Positions 8,411 through 17,503 of a stretch of 45,889 nt of DNA are shown here, piece by piece. Origin of the DNA: Phycisphaerae bacterium (GTDB lineage: Bacteria; Planctomycetota; Phycisphaerae; UBA1845); NCBI GenBank assembly GCA_029260025.1, contig JAJDDZ010000044.1, positions 1 through 45,889 on the forward strand, given 5' to 3'. The notes under the pieces are model-generated. The model was not told where the DNA came from. It did no database searches and saw only the letters and a program-made list of their open reading frames with translations. Each line of letters begins with the position of its first letter. Within the stretch, counting starts at the first letter, position 1. A program made the position numbers and the translations under genes.

Positions 8411-11400
8411 ATGAGTGGAATTAGTAGCGGGATTGGGCTGATCTCCGGGATCAATACGACTGAGTTGATTGATCAGCTTATTTCGATCGAACAGCGCCCC
8501 GTTGCGTCGCTTCAGCAGCGCATTCAGGCGATCGACGTTCAAAGGACCGCTTTCATTGGGCTTTCGGCGCGATTGCTTTCGATTCGCAACTCGGTCAGCA
8601 ACTTCGATCAGCCCTCCTTTTTCAAGCAGTTTCTTGCTACGAGTTCCAACGAGAGCGTGCTGGTCGCCAATGCGAGCGAGGATACGTTCCCCGGTACCGC
8701 TCGTGTTCGGGTTCATTCGTTGGTTTCAAGTCACTCATTGCTGACGCGCGGTTTTGCGGATGTCGATCAGAGTTCCGTGGGGGTCGGTACGATATCGGTC
8801 GAACTTGGGAAAGGCCGAGTGAATGAAGGGACCGACCTTGATGCGCTTAATGGTGGCCGGGGTGTTCGTCGCGGGATTATCGAAATTACGGATCGTTCGG
8901 GCGAGAGCGCGGAGATCGATCTTCGGCAGGCGTTCACGGTCGAGGACGTGATCGAGGCCATTAATACCAATGACACAATTAACGTACGCGCGAGCGCGAC
9001 GGGTGTCGGCTCGAATGGCGCCACTGGCGACAGGCTGGTTATCGAGGATCTGTCGGAGGGTGTTGGGAGTTTGATCGTTGCGGAGGTAGATGGCGGGCGG
9101 ACGGCGAGGGATTTGGGAATTGCTGGTAGCGTCGGTTCGAGCCGGATCGACGGTTCCGATGTTGTTAGCTTGACGATGGATACTTTGCTTTCTTCGCTGA
9201 ACGATGGGAACGGGGTGGATCGTCTTACTTCTTTGGGGCGTGTCGGCAGCGACATTTCGTTCTCGACGAGCGAGGGTGATTTCGGTGTTTTGTTGACTGA
9301 TGCACTTCAGCTAGATGCGAATCTCCTCACACTGAACAACGGCGACGGGATTCGCACCGGGGTTATCCGCATGACGGATCGAACGGGCGCAACTTCCGAA
9401 ATTGATCTGACGAATGCGAAGACCATGCAGGAAGTTTTGGACGCTATCAATGATTCGGGGTTGAACCTGAAAGCAACGACAGTCAACTCGCATTTGCAGA
9501 TAACTGAATTGACGGAGGTGCCGCCGCGCGTGGATGGTGACGATAGGCCTCTTCCTCTATTCAAGATCGAGGATGTCACAGGTTACACCGCTGCGGATTT
9601 TGGGATTGCGGAAGAAACTGAAGATAGCGCGATCACTGGTCGTGACGTGTCGCGAATCTCGACGATCGGCGATGTCATTCGGGCGATCAATCATGCGCCA
9701 GGCAACAACGCCTTGGTTGAAGCGTCGATTTCTGCGGATGGCAAGGGGATCGCGCTGCAAACGTTTGGTTTCGGAAATGAAGTAACCGTCTCGCAAGGAA
9801 AAACAGATGGGGGTCGGGTTTCGCAGGCTGCGATCGACCTTGGGATTAACGGGGCGACATTCGCCGTGAATGATAAATTCGTCACTGATCGGCTGGTTTC
9901 TGGTCTTAACACGACGCTACTTCGGACGCTCAATGGTGGTGGCGGTGCTGAGGTTGGTGCTATTTCGTTCAAGGACGGACTCGGCCAGACGGCGGAGATC
10001 GATTTTTCATCGGCGGAGACGGTTCAGGATGTTGTAGATCTGATCAATGCTGAGGATAAGCTCGGGTTGGTTGCGTCGATTAGCTCATCGGGCACCGGGA
10101 TTTCGCTTCTCGACGAGTCAGGCGGAACGGGTTCGGTTGTCATCGCGGATCGGTCCGGCAACTTAGCGCAGAAATTGAACCTTGTCGGAACACACGAGTC
10201 CAAGGATGGCACAATCGAGAGCGGGAATTTGCAGCGGAAATATATTTCGCGGCAGACGCCGCTGTCTGATCTTCGGGGCGGTGGTGGGATTGCGCCGGGG
10301 AGTTTTGAGCTTATCGACTCCAAAGGTCAGTTTCATATCGTCAATATCGATGAGACGACGGCGACTATAGGTGGTGTGATCGACGCGATCAACGGCGCCG
10401 GCGGTGGAACGATTACGGCGCGGATCAACGACAACGGGGACGGGATTCTTGTCACCGATAGTGCAGACGGGACTCTTCCGCTGAAAATTGAGGACCGCGA
10501 CGGCGGTACGACAGCCGCTCAGTTGCAACTGGCGGGTACTGCTAAGGACGGCGACTCGAGTATTGACGGATCGTACGAATTCCGCGTTGAAACCGGGCCA
10601 GGGACGACCCTTGAAGATCTCGCGGTTGAGCTTGATTCGCTTGGGTTGGACATCTCGGCGTCAGTTCTCAATGACGGCGGGTCTATCAATCCGTTCAGCT
10701 TGTCGATTACGTCGGGGGTTACGGGTCGGCGCGGCGAGCTGGTCATCGATTCGACAGGTCTGGATCTTGGTCTTGATACGCTTTCTCGGGCGCAGGACGC
10801 GGTCGTTTCGGTGTCACTTGGCGAAGGAGCATCGTCTCGCTTGGTGACTAGCTCGTCTAATACTCTTGACGATATCATTCCTGGCGTTTCGATCGACCTG
10901 CTTTCGACGTCCGACGAGGATATCGAGATTACTGCGGATCAGGACGTGGACGGGATTGTGGAAGGGATTCGGAGTTTCGTCGATGGGTTCAACGATCTGC
11001 AGGACACGATCAATGACTCGACGAGTTTCAACAGCGATACACTTGAGCGCGGGGCGCTGTTTGGCGACCCGGTACCCGATCAGATTCGCAACCGCCTGCA
11101 ACGAACGATGACCGGTCAGATTCAAGGCGTTCCGAAATCGATGTCGCGGATGTTCCAGGTGGGGATACGCGTCGGGGCGGGTAGTCGCCTTGAGTTTGAC
11201 GAAGCCCGCTTTCGAAAGGCCCTCGCGGAGTCGCCGGAGCTTGTGGAAGATTTATTCGGTCATCCGGAAACGGGTTTTGGTGCGGTGATTCAGGAGACGT
11301 TGGACGGTCTGACGGACGATTTCGACGGCGTACTGACGCGGAAGGACGAATTGCTCGGTGATCAGCAGGAAGTGCTCAACGATCGGATCGAGCGACTAAA

Positions 11401-11518
11401 CTTCTTGATCGGTGGGAAGCGGCAGCGATTGGAACGTCAGTTCGCTGGATTGGAGACGGCCCTTGCATCTCTTCAAGGCCAACAGAACGCTCTGAGTCAG
11501 ATCACGGCTCAAGGATAA
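8411..11518 (+). CDS. fliD: flagellar filament cap protein FliD, unusually long (1035 aa)
   Basis: The N-terminus 'LISGINTTELIDQLISIEQRPVASLQQRIQAIDVQR' is FliD_N-like. The C-terminus 'FDEARFRKALAESPELVEDLF...LNDRIERLNFLIGGKRQRLERQFAGLETALASLQGQ' is FliD_C-like. It sits between the flagellins and fliS. Confidence 0.9.
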   Translation: MSGISSGIGLISGINTTELIDQLISIEQRPVASLQQRIQAIDVQRTAFIGLSARLLSIRNSVSNFDQPSFFKQFLATSSNESVLVANASEDTFPGTARVRVHSLVSSHSLLTRGFADVDQSSVGVGTISVELGKGRVNEGTDLDALNGGRGVRRGIIEITDRSGESAEIDLRQAFTVEDVIEAINTNDTINVRASATGVGSNGATGDRLVIEDLSEGVGSLIVAEVDGGRTARDLGIAGSVGSSRIDGSDVVSLTMDTLLSSLNDGNGVDRLTSLGRVGSDISFSTSEGDFGVLLTDALQLDANLLTLNNGDGIRTGVIRMTDRTGATSEIDLTNAKTMQEVLDAINDSGLNLKATTVNSHLQITELTEVPPRVDGDDRPLPLFKIEDVTGYTAADFGIAEETEDSAITGRDVSRISTIGDVIRAINHAPGNNALVEASISADGKGIALQTFGFGNEVTVSQGKTDGGRVSQAAIDLGINGATFAVNDKFVTDRLVSGLNTTLLRTLNGGGGAEVGAISFKDGLGQTAEIDFSSAETVQDVVDLINAEDKLGLVASISSSGTGISLLDESGGTGSVVIADRSGNLAQKLNLVGTHESKDGTIESGNLQRKYISRQTPLSDLRGGGGIAPGSFELIDSKGQFHIVNIDETTATIGGVIDAINGAGGGTITARINDNGDGILVTDSADGTLPLKIEDRDGGTTAAQLQLAGTAKDGDSSIDGSYEFRVETGPGTTLEDLAVELDSLGLDISASVLNDGGSINPFSLSITSGVTGRRGELVIDSTGLDLGLDTLSRAQDAVVSVSLGEGASSRLVTSSSNTLDDIIPGVSIDLLSTSDEDIEITADQDVDGIVEGIRSFVDGFNDLQDTINDSTSFNSDTLERGALFGDPVPDQIRNRLQRTMTGQIQGVPKSMSRMFQVGIRVGAGSRLEFDEARFRKALAESPELVEDLFGHPETGFGAVIQETLDGLTDDFDGVLTRKDELLGDQQEVLNDRIERLNFLIGGKRQRLERQFAGLETALASLQGQQNALSQITAQG
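8837..10570 (+). repeat. tandem protein-level repeats (flagellin IN-motif modules) inside fliD
   Basis: Four clear modules of about 105 aa start with 'LNGGRGVRRGIIEITDRSGESAEIDL', 'LNNGDGIRTGVIRMTDRTGATSEIDL', 'LNGGGGAEVGAISFKDGLGQTAEIDF' and 'LRGGGGIAPGSFELIDSKGQFHIVNI'. Five 'T..DV..AIN' cores fall at aa 176-188, 338-350, 418-430, 537-549 and 652-664. Confidence 0.65.
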
Positions 11519-11663
11519 TCTCCACTCCCGCTTTGGTTGTTCCGGTGCTCATCGGTGAGGGTTGCGCATTCGGCGGATGGCGCAGTTTTTGCGCTCTTCG
11601 GTGAGTTCGATGCCTGGCGAAAGCTCATCCGCGGTTCGCTCATGACCGATATTACGGTGCGCC

Positions 11664-12149
11664 ATGAGTGATTCTCAGCCAAATCAATATCTCCGTGATG
11701 CGGTCATGACCGCCACGCCGGAGCAGCTTCATCTGATGCTGTACGACGGGGCGATTCGTTACGCGCTTCAGGCGAAGGACGCACTCTCGGCGAAAGACTA
11801 CGAGACATCGCATGAAAAGCTCACGCGTGCTCAGAATATCATTATCGAGATGCAAAGTGGTCTTCGGTATGACGTGAATCCTGAGCTTTGCGGGCGGGTC
11901 GCATCGATTTACAATTTTCTTTATCGAAAGCTGTTAGACGCGAATATTCAGCGTGATACGTCTTGCATCGATGACGCAGTGAAGGTGCTACGGGTTGAGC
12001 GCGAGACTTGGCAGATTCTGGTCGAGAAGGTCGGTCGGATTCGCCAGGCTGATCGTGATTCGGTCACGATCCCCGCGAAACCGTCACTGGCTGAGGCAGA
12101 TCAAATTGATCAGGTCGATGTCGAAGTCGGGTTCTCGGCTGAGGGGTAG
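11664..12149 (+). CDS. fliS: flagellar export chaperone FliS
   Basis: 161 aa. Contains 'YLRDAVMTATPEQLHLMLYDGAIRYALQA' and 'LTRAQNIIIEMQSGL...RVASIYNFLYRKLLDAN'. Lies downstream of fliD. Confidence 0.9.
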   Translation: MSDSQPNQYLRDAVMTATPEQLHLMLYDGAIRYALQAKDALSAKDYETSHEKLTRAQNIIIEMQSGLRYDVNPELCGRVASIYNFLYRKLLDANIQRDTSCIDDAVKVLRVERETWQILVEKVGRIRQADRDSVTIPAKPSLAEADQIDQVDVEVGFSAEG

Positions 12150-12314
12150 GGCGTTTTCTGCTGCTGCATTCGGTTCCACCGACTGGTCCATTCCGTTTTC
12201 TGTGTGCTCCCAATTGCTGAGAATTGGTTAGGGGGGCTTGGGTGCGCTATAGTCATTTTGGATCGTACGTGATCGGCGTGCCGATACATGGGTAACCCAA
12301 AGGAAGACGACACC

Positions 12315-13367
12315 ATGAATCCAATAAGAGCTATATTGGTCCTCGTTATCTCAGGCGCAGCCATTCTCGCGATTGGAGAAGCTGCGGTTGCGCAGGATGA
12401 CGCGAAACCGGTCTCTTTTTCTTCGGAAAAGGCTGTCACGGAGGCGAAAGACGGATTGGAACGCGCGGAAGCGCTTCCAGAACGTCCGGTCTCGCGTGAA
12501 TCCCTCGCTACTGTCAACGAGAGAATCGTTTCGATTGAAGAAAACGATCCGGGGAATGTTTGGCTGCCGTATTTGTACGGTCGTGCGTTCTACTTGATGG
12601 GCCAGACGGGTGAAGCCGCGACAAAGCTACGTGCTTTCGTTGATACGCGAGAGGGAAAAAACGAATGGTTGGCGTTTCGCACGTTGGGCGACTTGTTTGT
12701 TGGCGAGTTTCCCAATATGGCCGAGTCGTATTACACCAAGGCGGTAGCACTCAACTCAACAGACTCGGGTATCTATTACGGTCTTTCGGTTTGTGCATCT
12801 CGGGGTGGTAAGAGGACTGACGCGATTCGCCTAGCAAGACAAGCCGTGCAGGTTGGCGGAGGCGACGACGTTGCGCACTTGGCGCATCTCGCGAGAGTGC
12901 TGGCGACGGATCAGCAATGGGGCGAGGCAGATCGCACGGCGGTATCCGCGGTGGCACGAGCGAGAGTTCTCGCGAGAGAGCGGCCTGGCATTCGAGCGCC
13001 GCTTGAAGGGTTGGTCTTGCGATATGAGCAGCTTATTACGCTCGTTCAAAGCGAACTCGCCGCTACTGGGGCAAGCGGCGACGAGTACATTCGTCTTGCG
13101 AATTATGTTGAGGAGCGGGCTGAGGTTGCTCGGCGCGCTTCGAAGTTTGATACGCTCATGGTTCTTGAGACAGGGGTCGAAGCGACGAAACCGCGCACGC
13201 CTGTTTCGCTCTTGGAACGATACGCGGTGACGCTTGCGGAGGTTGGGCGCAAGGATGACGCGATCGCTGCTTTTGAGGATCTGCTTACGAGAGATGCAAG
13301 CAACCAGGCGGCGAAAGAGTGGTTGATTCGTCTGAACGCGCCGGCTGTCACCAAGTCCGCACCGTAG
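12315..13367 (+). CDS. secreted TPR-like repeat protein
   Basis: ATG at 12315 with SD AAGGAAG. Signal-like 'MNPIRAILVLVISGAAILAIGEAAVAQ'. The body is a helical repeat, TPR-like ('AESYYTKAVALNSTDSGIYYGLSVC'). Confidence 0.6.
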   Translation: MNPIRAILVLVISGAAILAIGEAAVAQDDAKPVSFSSEKAVTEAKDGLERAEALPERPVSRESLATVNERIVSIEENDPGNVWLPYLYGRAFYLMGQTGEAATKLRAFVDTREGKNEWLAFRTLGDLFVGEFPNMAESYYTKAVALNSTDSGIYYGLSVCASRGGKRTDAIRLARQAVQVGGGDDVAHLAHLARVLATDQQWGEADRTAVSAVARARVLARERPGIRAPLEGLVLRYEQLITLVQSELAATGASGDEYIRLANYVEERAEVARRASKFDTLMVLETGVEATKPRTPVSLLERYAVTLAEVGRKDDAIAAFEDLLTRDASNQAAKEWLIRLNAPAVTKSAP

Positions 13368-13463
13368 TCTTTGACGCATTTCGATTTCTTGACTTGCCTC
13401 CGATTCGAAGTGATGATTCGTCTCGAAACGTGGGATATGGTGTGTCTTGCGAGCGGGGCGAAC

Positions 13464-14042
13464 ATGTCGACAAGTCTTCAATCTCTGGACGATGCATTTT
13501 GCTCTGGGTGCGGGTATAGACTGCGCGGGCTGCCGACCGCTATTTGTCCTGAGTGCGGGAAGGCGTTTGATCCGACTGACGCATCGACATTTCGAGTCGG
13601 GGTGTTCGACCAGAGATGGGTTTGGGCGAAGCGGATCGAAATTGTATTGCTTGTTGGGGCGATTGTCTTCGCGATTGTTCCGCGAGGGCTCCTCCGCGCG
13701 AGCGCCAAGTTCACATGCGCGGACTGTGGTCTGACCCACACCGTGAGTCGGTGGCAACTCGAACCCCCGAGATGGATTCGATTTCGCTACCCGGGTAGTA
13801 CCGCCTCATCGCATTCTTCAGCGACGCGCGCGTGTCAGACGCATCAATACTCTGTGTCAGTTCTGACTGACTTACCCGTTGGCGGGAATGCGACTGCTAC
13901 AATATCAAGTACAATGAGGATTGATTACGTAGAAGACCCGGGAGTGCCCGCGACGTTAATGGGTGTGGTCGTGACTCCCGAAACCGGCGATCAGATACTC
14001 TTCGAGCTGCTTGCGCCGGGGAATAACCGGATCGGTCCGTAG
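13464..14042 (+). CDS. zinc-ribbon membrane protein, function unknown
   Basis: ATG at 13464. Contains 'CSGCGYRLRGLPTAICPECGKAFDP', followed by a TM helix 'IEIVLLVGAIVFAIV' and a second 'CADCG'. The start is uncertain. Confidence 0.5.
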   Translation: MSTSLQSLDDAFCSGCGYRLRGLPTAICPECGKAFDPTDASTFRVGVFDQRWVWAKRIEIVLLVGAIVFAIVPRGLLRASAKFTCADCGLTHTVSRWQLEPPRWIRFRYPGSTASSHSSATRACQTHQYSVSVLTDLPVGGNATATISSTMRIDYVEDPGVPATLMGVVVTPETGDQILFELLAPGNNRIGP

Positions 14043-14069
14043 GCGCGCTCAGTGGTGGCGAATGCGCAT

Positions 14070-15281
14070 CTACTCGTACCGCAGTGCTTGTACCGGGTCG
14101 AGACGGGCGGCGCGGATGGCGGGGTAGATTCCGCTGATGATTCCCACGACGGCTGCCATGACGAGCGCTAGGACGATGATCATCGGCGGCGTGTAGACCT
14201 TGAATACTTGCGTGAACTTGCTGAGGAAGTTCGCCATCGCCCAACCGCAGACCACGCCCATCGCGCCGCCGAGACAGCTGATAATGCTCGCTTCGGTTAG
14301 GAATTGTTTGAGAATGTCCCAGCGTCTTGCGCCGACCGCGATGCGTACGCCGATCTCGCGGGTGCGTTCGGTGACAGAGACGAGCATGATGTTCATAATC
14401 CCGATCGCGCCGACCACGATCGAGATTCCCGCGATGCTGTAGAGCACGACACCGAATATCAGCGCAACCTGTCCGAGTTGTTGCTTAAACTGGTCCTGTG
14501 TGAAGACCTGAAAATCTTCGTCTTCGCCGGCGCGGATTCGGTGACTCTCTCTTAGCGTTTTCTTGATTCCGTCGATACACGCGGGAACTAGCTCGGCGCT
14601 TTCGCATTGTGCGACGAGCATCGTCACGTATCGTGCACCGAACATGCGACCCATGGCCGTCGTGACCGGAATGATGATTTGGTTGTCGACTTCAACGAAT
14701 CCGATGGCACCGCGTTCTTCCATGATTCCGATGACGGCAAAGCTTTTGCCGTTGACCTTAACGTTTTTTCCGATCGCTGGGAGTTCCCCGAACAGGTCAC
14801 GCGCAACTTTATGACCTAGTACGCAGACCATGGCGCTTCCGCGAATGTGTTCGCGGGTGATGAACCGACCTTGCGCAATTTGATAGTCGTTGATATCCGC
14901 GTAGCTTTCGGTGGTTCCTAAGATTGATCCACTCACATTCTTTTGGAAATACTTTGTTTGCCCGCCGCCGTTGTATTGCGGTGAGACGGATTTGATGAGC
15001 TTGGGATTCTCGTCAGTAATTTTCTCGGCGTCTTCCGGAAGTAGCGAGCTGACTTGTACCGCGCGGTGACTCTTTTTGTCTGATCCGTTGAAGATGAGCA
15101 CGCGGTCTGCTCCCAGAGACTCGACTTTCCCGAGGATTTCTTTTTCGGCCCCTTCAAGAATAGACACCGCTGAGACGACGGCGCCGACGCCAATGACGAC
15201 ACCCAAGGTCGCGAGCATCGTGCGCAAGAGATTCTGTCTGAGTCCCCGGATGGCCATCATTGCGATTTTCAGGTGGAACAT
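14070..15281 (-). CDS. ABC transporter permease, MacB/FtsX family
   Basis: 403 aa. N-terminal TM 'LLRTMLATLGVVIGVGAVVSAV', a large periplasmic domain and a C-terminal FtsX-type 3-TM block. Confidence 0.9.
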   Translation of the reverse strand: MFHLKIAMMAIRGLRQNLLRTMLATLGVVIGVGAVVSAVSILEGAEKEILGKVESLGADRVLIFNGSDKKSHRAVQVSSLLPEDAEKITDENPKLIKSVSPQYNGGGQTKYFQKNVSGSILGTTESYADINDYQIAQGRFITREHIRGSAMVCVLGHKVARDLFGELPAIGKNVKVNGKSFAVIGIMEERGAIGFVEVDNQIIIPVTTAMGRMFGARYVTMLVAQCESAELVPACIDGIKKTLRESHRIRAGEDEDFQVFTQDQFKQQLGQVALIFGVVLYSIAGISIVVGAIGIMNIMLVSVTERTREIGVRIAVGARRWDILKQFLTEASIISCLGGAMGVVCGWAMANFLSKFTQVFKVYTPPMIIVLALVMAAVVGIISGIYPAIRAARLDPVQALRYE

Positions 15282-15292
15282 GGGTGACTCTC

Positions 15293-16090
15293 TTACGTTC
15301 GTGGCTCGGGGTTTGGGGCCAAGGTTCCCGTCAAGGGTGATTGGGCGGGGGGCGCCTTTTCGCGGAGCATTCGCTGCTGTGAATGTTGGGCGCTACCCAG
15401 CATTTCCTCGCGCCGGCCTGCGTTGATCGCGGTGTCTTCGACGACCTTACCGTCCCGCATTTGAATCATTCGATCAGCCTGGGCTGCGACTTCCATTTCG
15501 TGCGTGACGAGGATGATCGTCATTCCAGCTGCGTGCAAATCGTGGAAGATGCCCATGATCTGCTCTCCGGTACGCGTGTCTAGGTTTCCGGTGGGTTCGT
15601 CGGCGAGTAGGAGCTTGGGATTATTGACGATGGCGCGGGCGATGGCGACCCGCTGACATTCACCGCCCGACATTTCGCTGGGTTTGTGTGATGCCCTTTT
15701 TCCAAGGCCGACGCGTTCTAGTGCGTCGCGTGCAATTTTTCTCGAGAAATTCTTGCGCGTGTAGACGAGCGGTACGAGCACGTTTTCCAGCGCCGAGGTT
15801 CGGTTGATCAAGTTGAATGTTTGGAAGACGAACCCGATTCGCTGATTGCGAATCATGGCGAGCTGCTTGTCGGGGAGGCTGCCAAGTATTTCTCCGTCGA
15901 AGCGTAGAATGCCAGATGTCGGGCGATCGAGGCAACCCATCAGGTGCATCAGCGTGCTTTTTCCGCTGCCCGATGCTCCGGTGAGGCTGACGAACTCGCC
16001 GGGTTTGATCGAAACGTCCACGCCGTCCAGCGCATGGACGACCGACTCGCCCATGTGGTAATGCTTGTGGAGGTTTTCCGTCTGGATCAT
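15293..16090 (-). CDS. ABC transporter ATP-binding protein (MacB/LolD type)
   Basis: ATG at 16090 ('MIQTENLHKHY'). Walker A 'GASGSGKST', signature 'MSGGECQRVAIARA', Walker B 'LLLADEPTGNLD'. The longer track ORF would overlap the upstream gene. Confidence 0.9.
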   Translation of the reverse strand: MIQTENLHKHYHMGESVVHALDGVDVSIKPGEFVSLTGASGSGKSTLMHLMGCLDRPTSGILRFDGEILGSLPDKQLAMIRNQRIGFVFQTFNLINRTSALENVLVPLVYTRKNFSRKIARDALERVGLGKRASHKPSEMSGGECQRVAIARAIVNNPKLLLADEPTGNLDTRTGEQIMGIFHDLHAAGMTIILVTHEMEVAAQADRMIQMRDGKVVEDTAINAGRREEMLGSAQHSQQRMLREKAPPAQSPLTGTLAPNPEPRT

Positions 16091-16136
16091 GAAAGCACTT
16101 CTGTAGATTGCGATTTGCGGCGCGTGCGAGCGTCGG

Positions 16137-17489
16137 TCAACTCTCGTCGTCCTCATTGCGCTTCTTGGGTTGCTTTGTATAAACAATACTGCCGACCGTA
16201 AGACCTTCCACGACTTCGGAGTAGACGCCGTTGTCTAGTCCAAGTCGACAGGGAACAAACTCAGTCGCACGCTCACTGGGGGGCGCGCCTTTCTTCGGGA
16301 CATAGACCCCGAGTTTCCCGAGAGGCCCTTCTTTGATTGCCTCGTTGGGACACAGGACCACGTCGGTGACGTGCTCTGACGTGAAGCTAACATCCGCCCG
16401 CATTCCGGAAAGCAACAGTTGACGATTCTCGCTGGTGACTACGACATCAACGAGATAAGTTACGACACCGCCCACCGTTCTTGGTTCCGGGAAAATTCGC
16501 TCGATGATGCCGGTGAATGTTTCATCGCGGAACGATTCGACGGTAATCTCAGGCGGATGCTTGACGGCTGCGACCGCCGCGGCGAGATCCTTTGGCATTT
16601 GAACTGAGCTCTCGTGGCCTGGCTGTGCCCACTCGGGTGCGATCGCCAGAACCCGACCAATGTCCGACTCATCGACTTCTGCCTGAACCAAGAGGCGATC
16701 CATATCGAGGACGATGGCCAGGACAGTGCCTCCCGTGAGCGTGGTCTTTCCACCTTGGATTACCGAACCAATCTGGACCTTGATGTCTGCCACAACGCCG
16801 GTGATCGGCGAAATCACATCGGTTTCACGAAGTCGCTTGTTGGCGTCGGCGAGGGTGCTCTTGGAAGTCTCGTAGGTTGAGGTTGCTTCGGCGACGGTGT
16901 TTTCCGCGAGTGGGATTGCAATCTGGGCTTTTTGAAGCGCACCGCGAGCCGCTTCGAGTTGCGCAAGCTGGCGGCGGTAGTCACTATCTTTTTGGAGAAG
17001 TTCTTCGTCGTTTCGCTGAGACGCATCGAGGGCTTGGATTTTTTCCAGGCGAAACTTGGCGTATTCGATTAGCGGTTCAAGCTCACCCACGCGGGCTTTC
17101 GCTATATTGAGGTCCGCACCTTTGGCGAGTTTGCGTCGAAGCTTGGCGGTATCGAGGCGAGCTTTGGCGATCGCGAGGTCTTGCGTTGCCCGATCAACGC
17201 TTCGTTGTTCTTCGTCGGGTTGAAGGCGAATAATCAGATCGCCCGCGTTCACGCGATCCCCTGCGTTGCGAGCGATCTCGATCACTTCGCCGCTCGCTTC
17301 TGATTTGATCTCGACGCGATAGGCGGGTTTAACCTCGCCGGTGGCATTGATGGGGAGGGTCAGGTCGCCACGAATCACCTTAGCCGTTTTCCCCTCTGAT
17401 CCCGGCGTCGGAAGTCGCAACTTTGTCAGTTGCACATACCCAACCACGAGCAACACGACCGTTAGAACAGCAATGACGATATTTCTCAT
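16137..17489 (-). CDS. efflux periplasmic adaptor (HlyD/MacA family)
   Basis: 450 aa. N-terminal anchor, 'GEVIEIARNAGDRVNAGDLIIRL' lipoyl-like motif and a long coiled-coil segment. Confidence 0.85.
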   Translation of the reverse strand: MRNIVIAVLTVVLLVVGYVQLTKLRLPTPGSEGKTAKVIRGDLTLPINATGEVKPAYRVEIKSEASGEVIEIARNAGDRVNAGDLIIRLQPDEEQRSVDRATQDLAIAKARLDTAKLRRKLAKGADLNIAKARVGELEPLIEYAKFRLEKIQALDASQRNDEELLQKDSDYRRQLAQLEAARGALQKAQIAIPLAENTVAEATSTYETSKSTLADANKRLRETDVISPITGVVADIKVQIGSVIQGGKTTLTGGTVLAIVLDMDRLLVQAEVDESDIGRVLAIAPEWAQPGHESSVQMPKDLAAAVAAVKHPPEITVESFRDETFTGIIERIFPEPRTVGGVVTYLVDVVVTSENRQLLLSGMRADVSFTSEHVTDVVLCPNEAIKEGPLGKLGVYVPKKGAPPSERATEFVPCRLGLDNGVYSEVVEGLTVGSIVYTKQPKKRNEDDES

Positions 17490-17503
17490 CGGTTCAAGCT
17501 ACC

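Noticed and set aside
12831-13757. 308-aa minus-strand ORF spanning the TPR and zinc-ribbon genes
   Set aside because: It is a codon-aligned shadow ORF crossing two real plus-strand genes and their spacer. It has no motifs.
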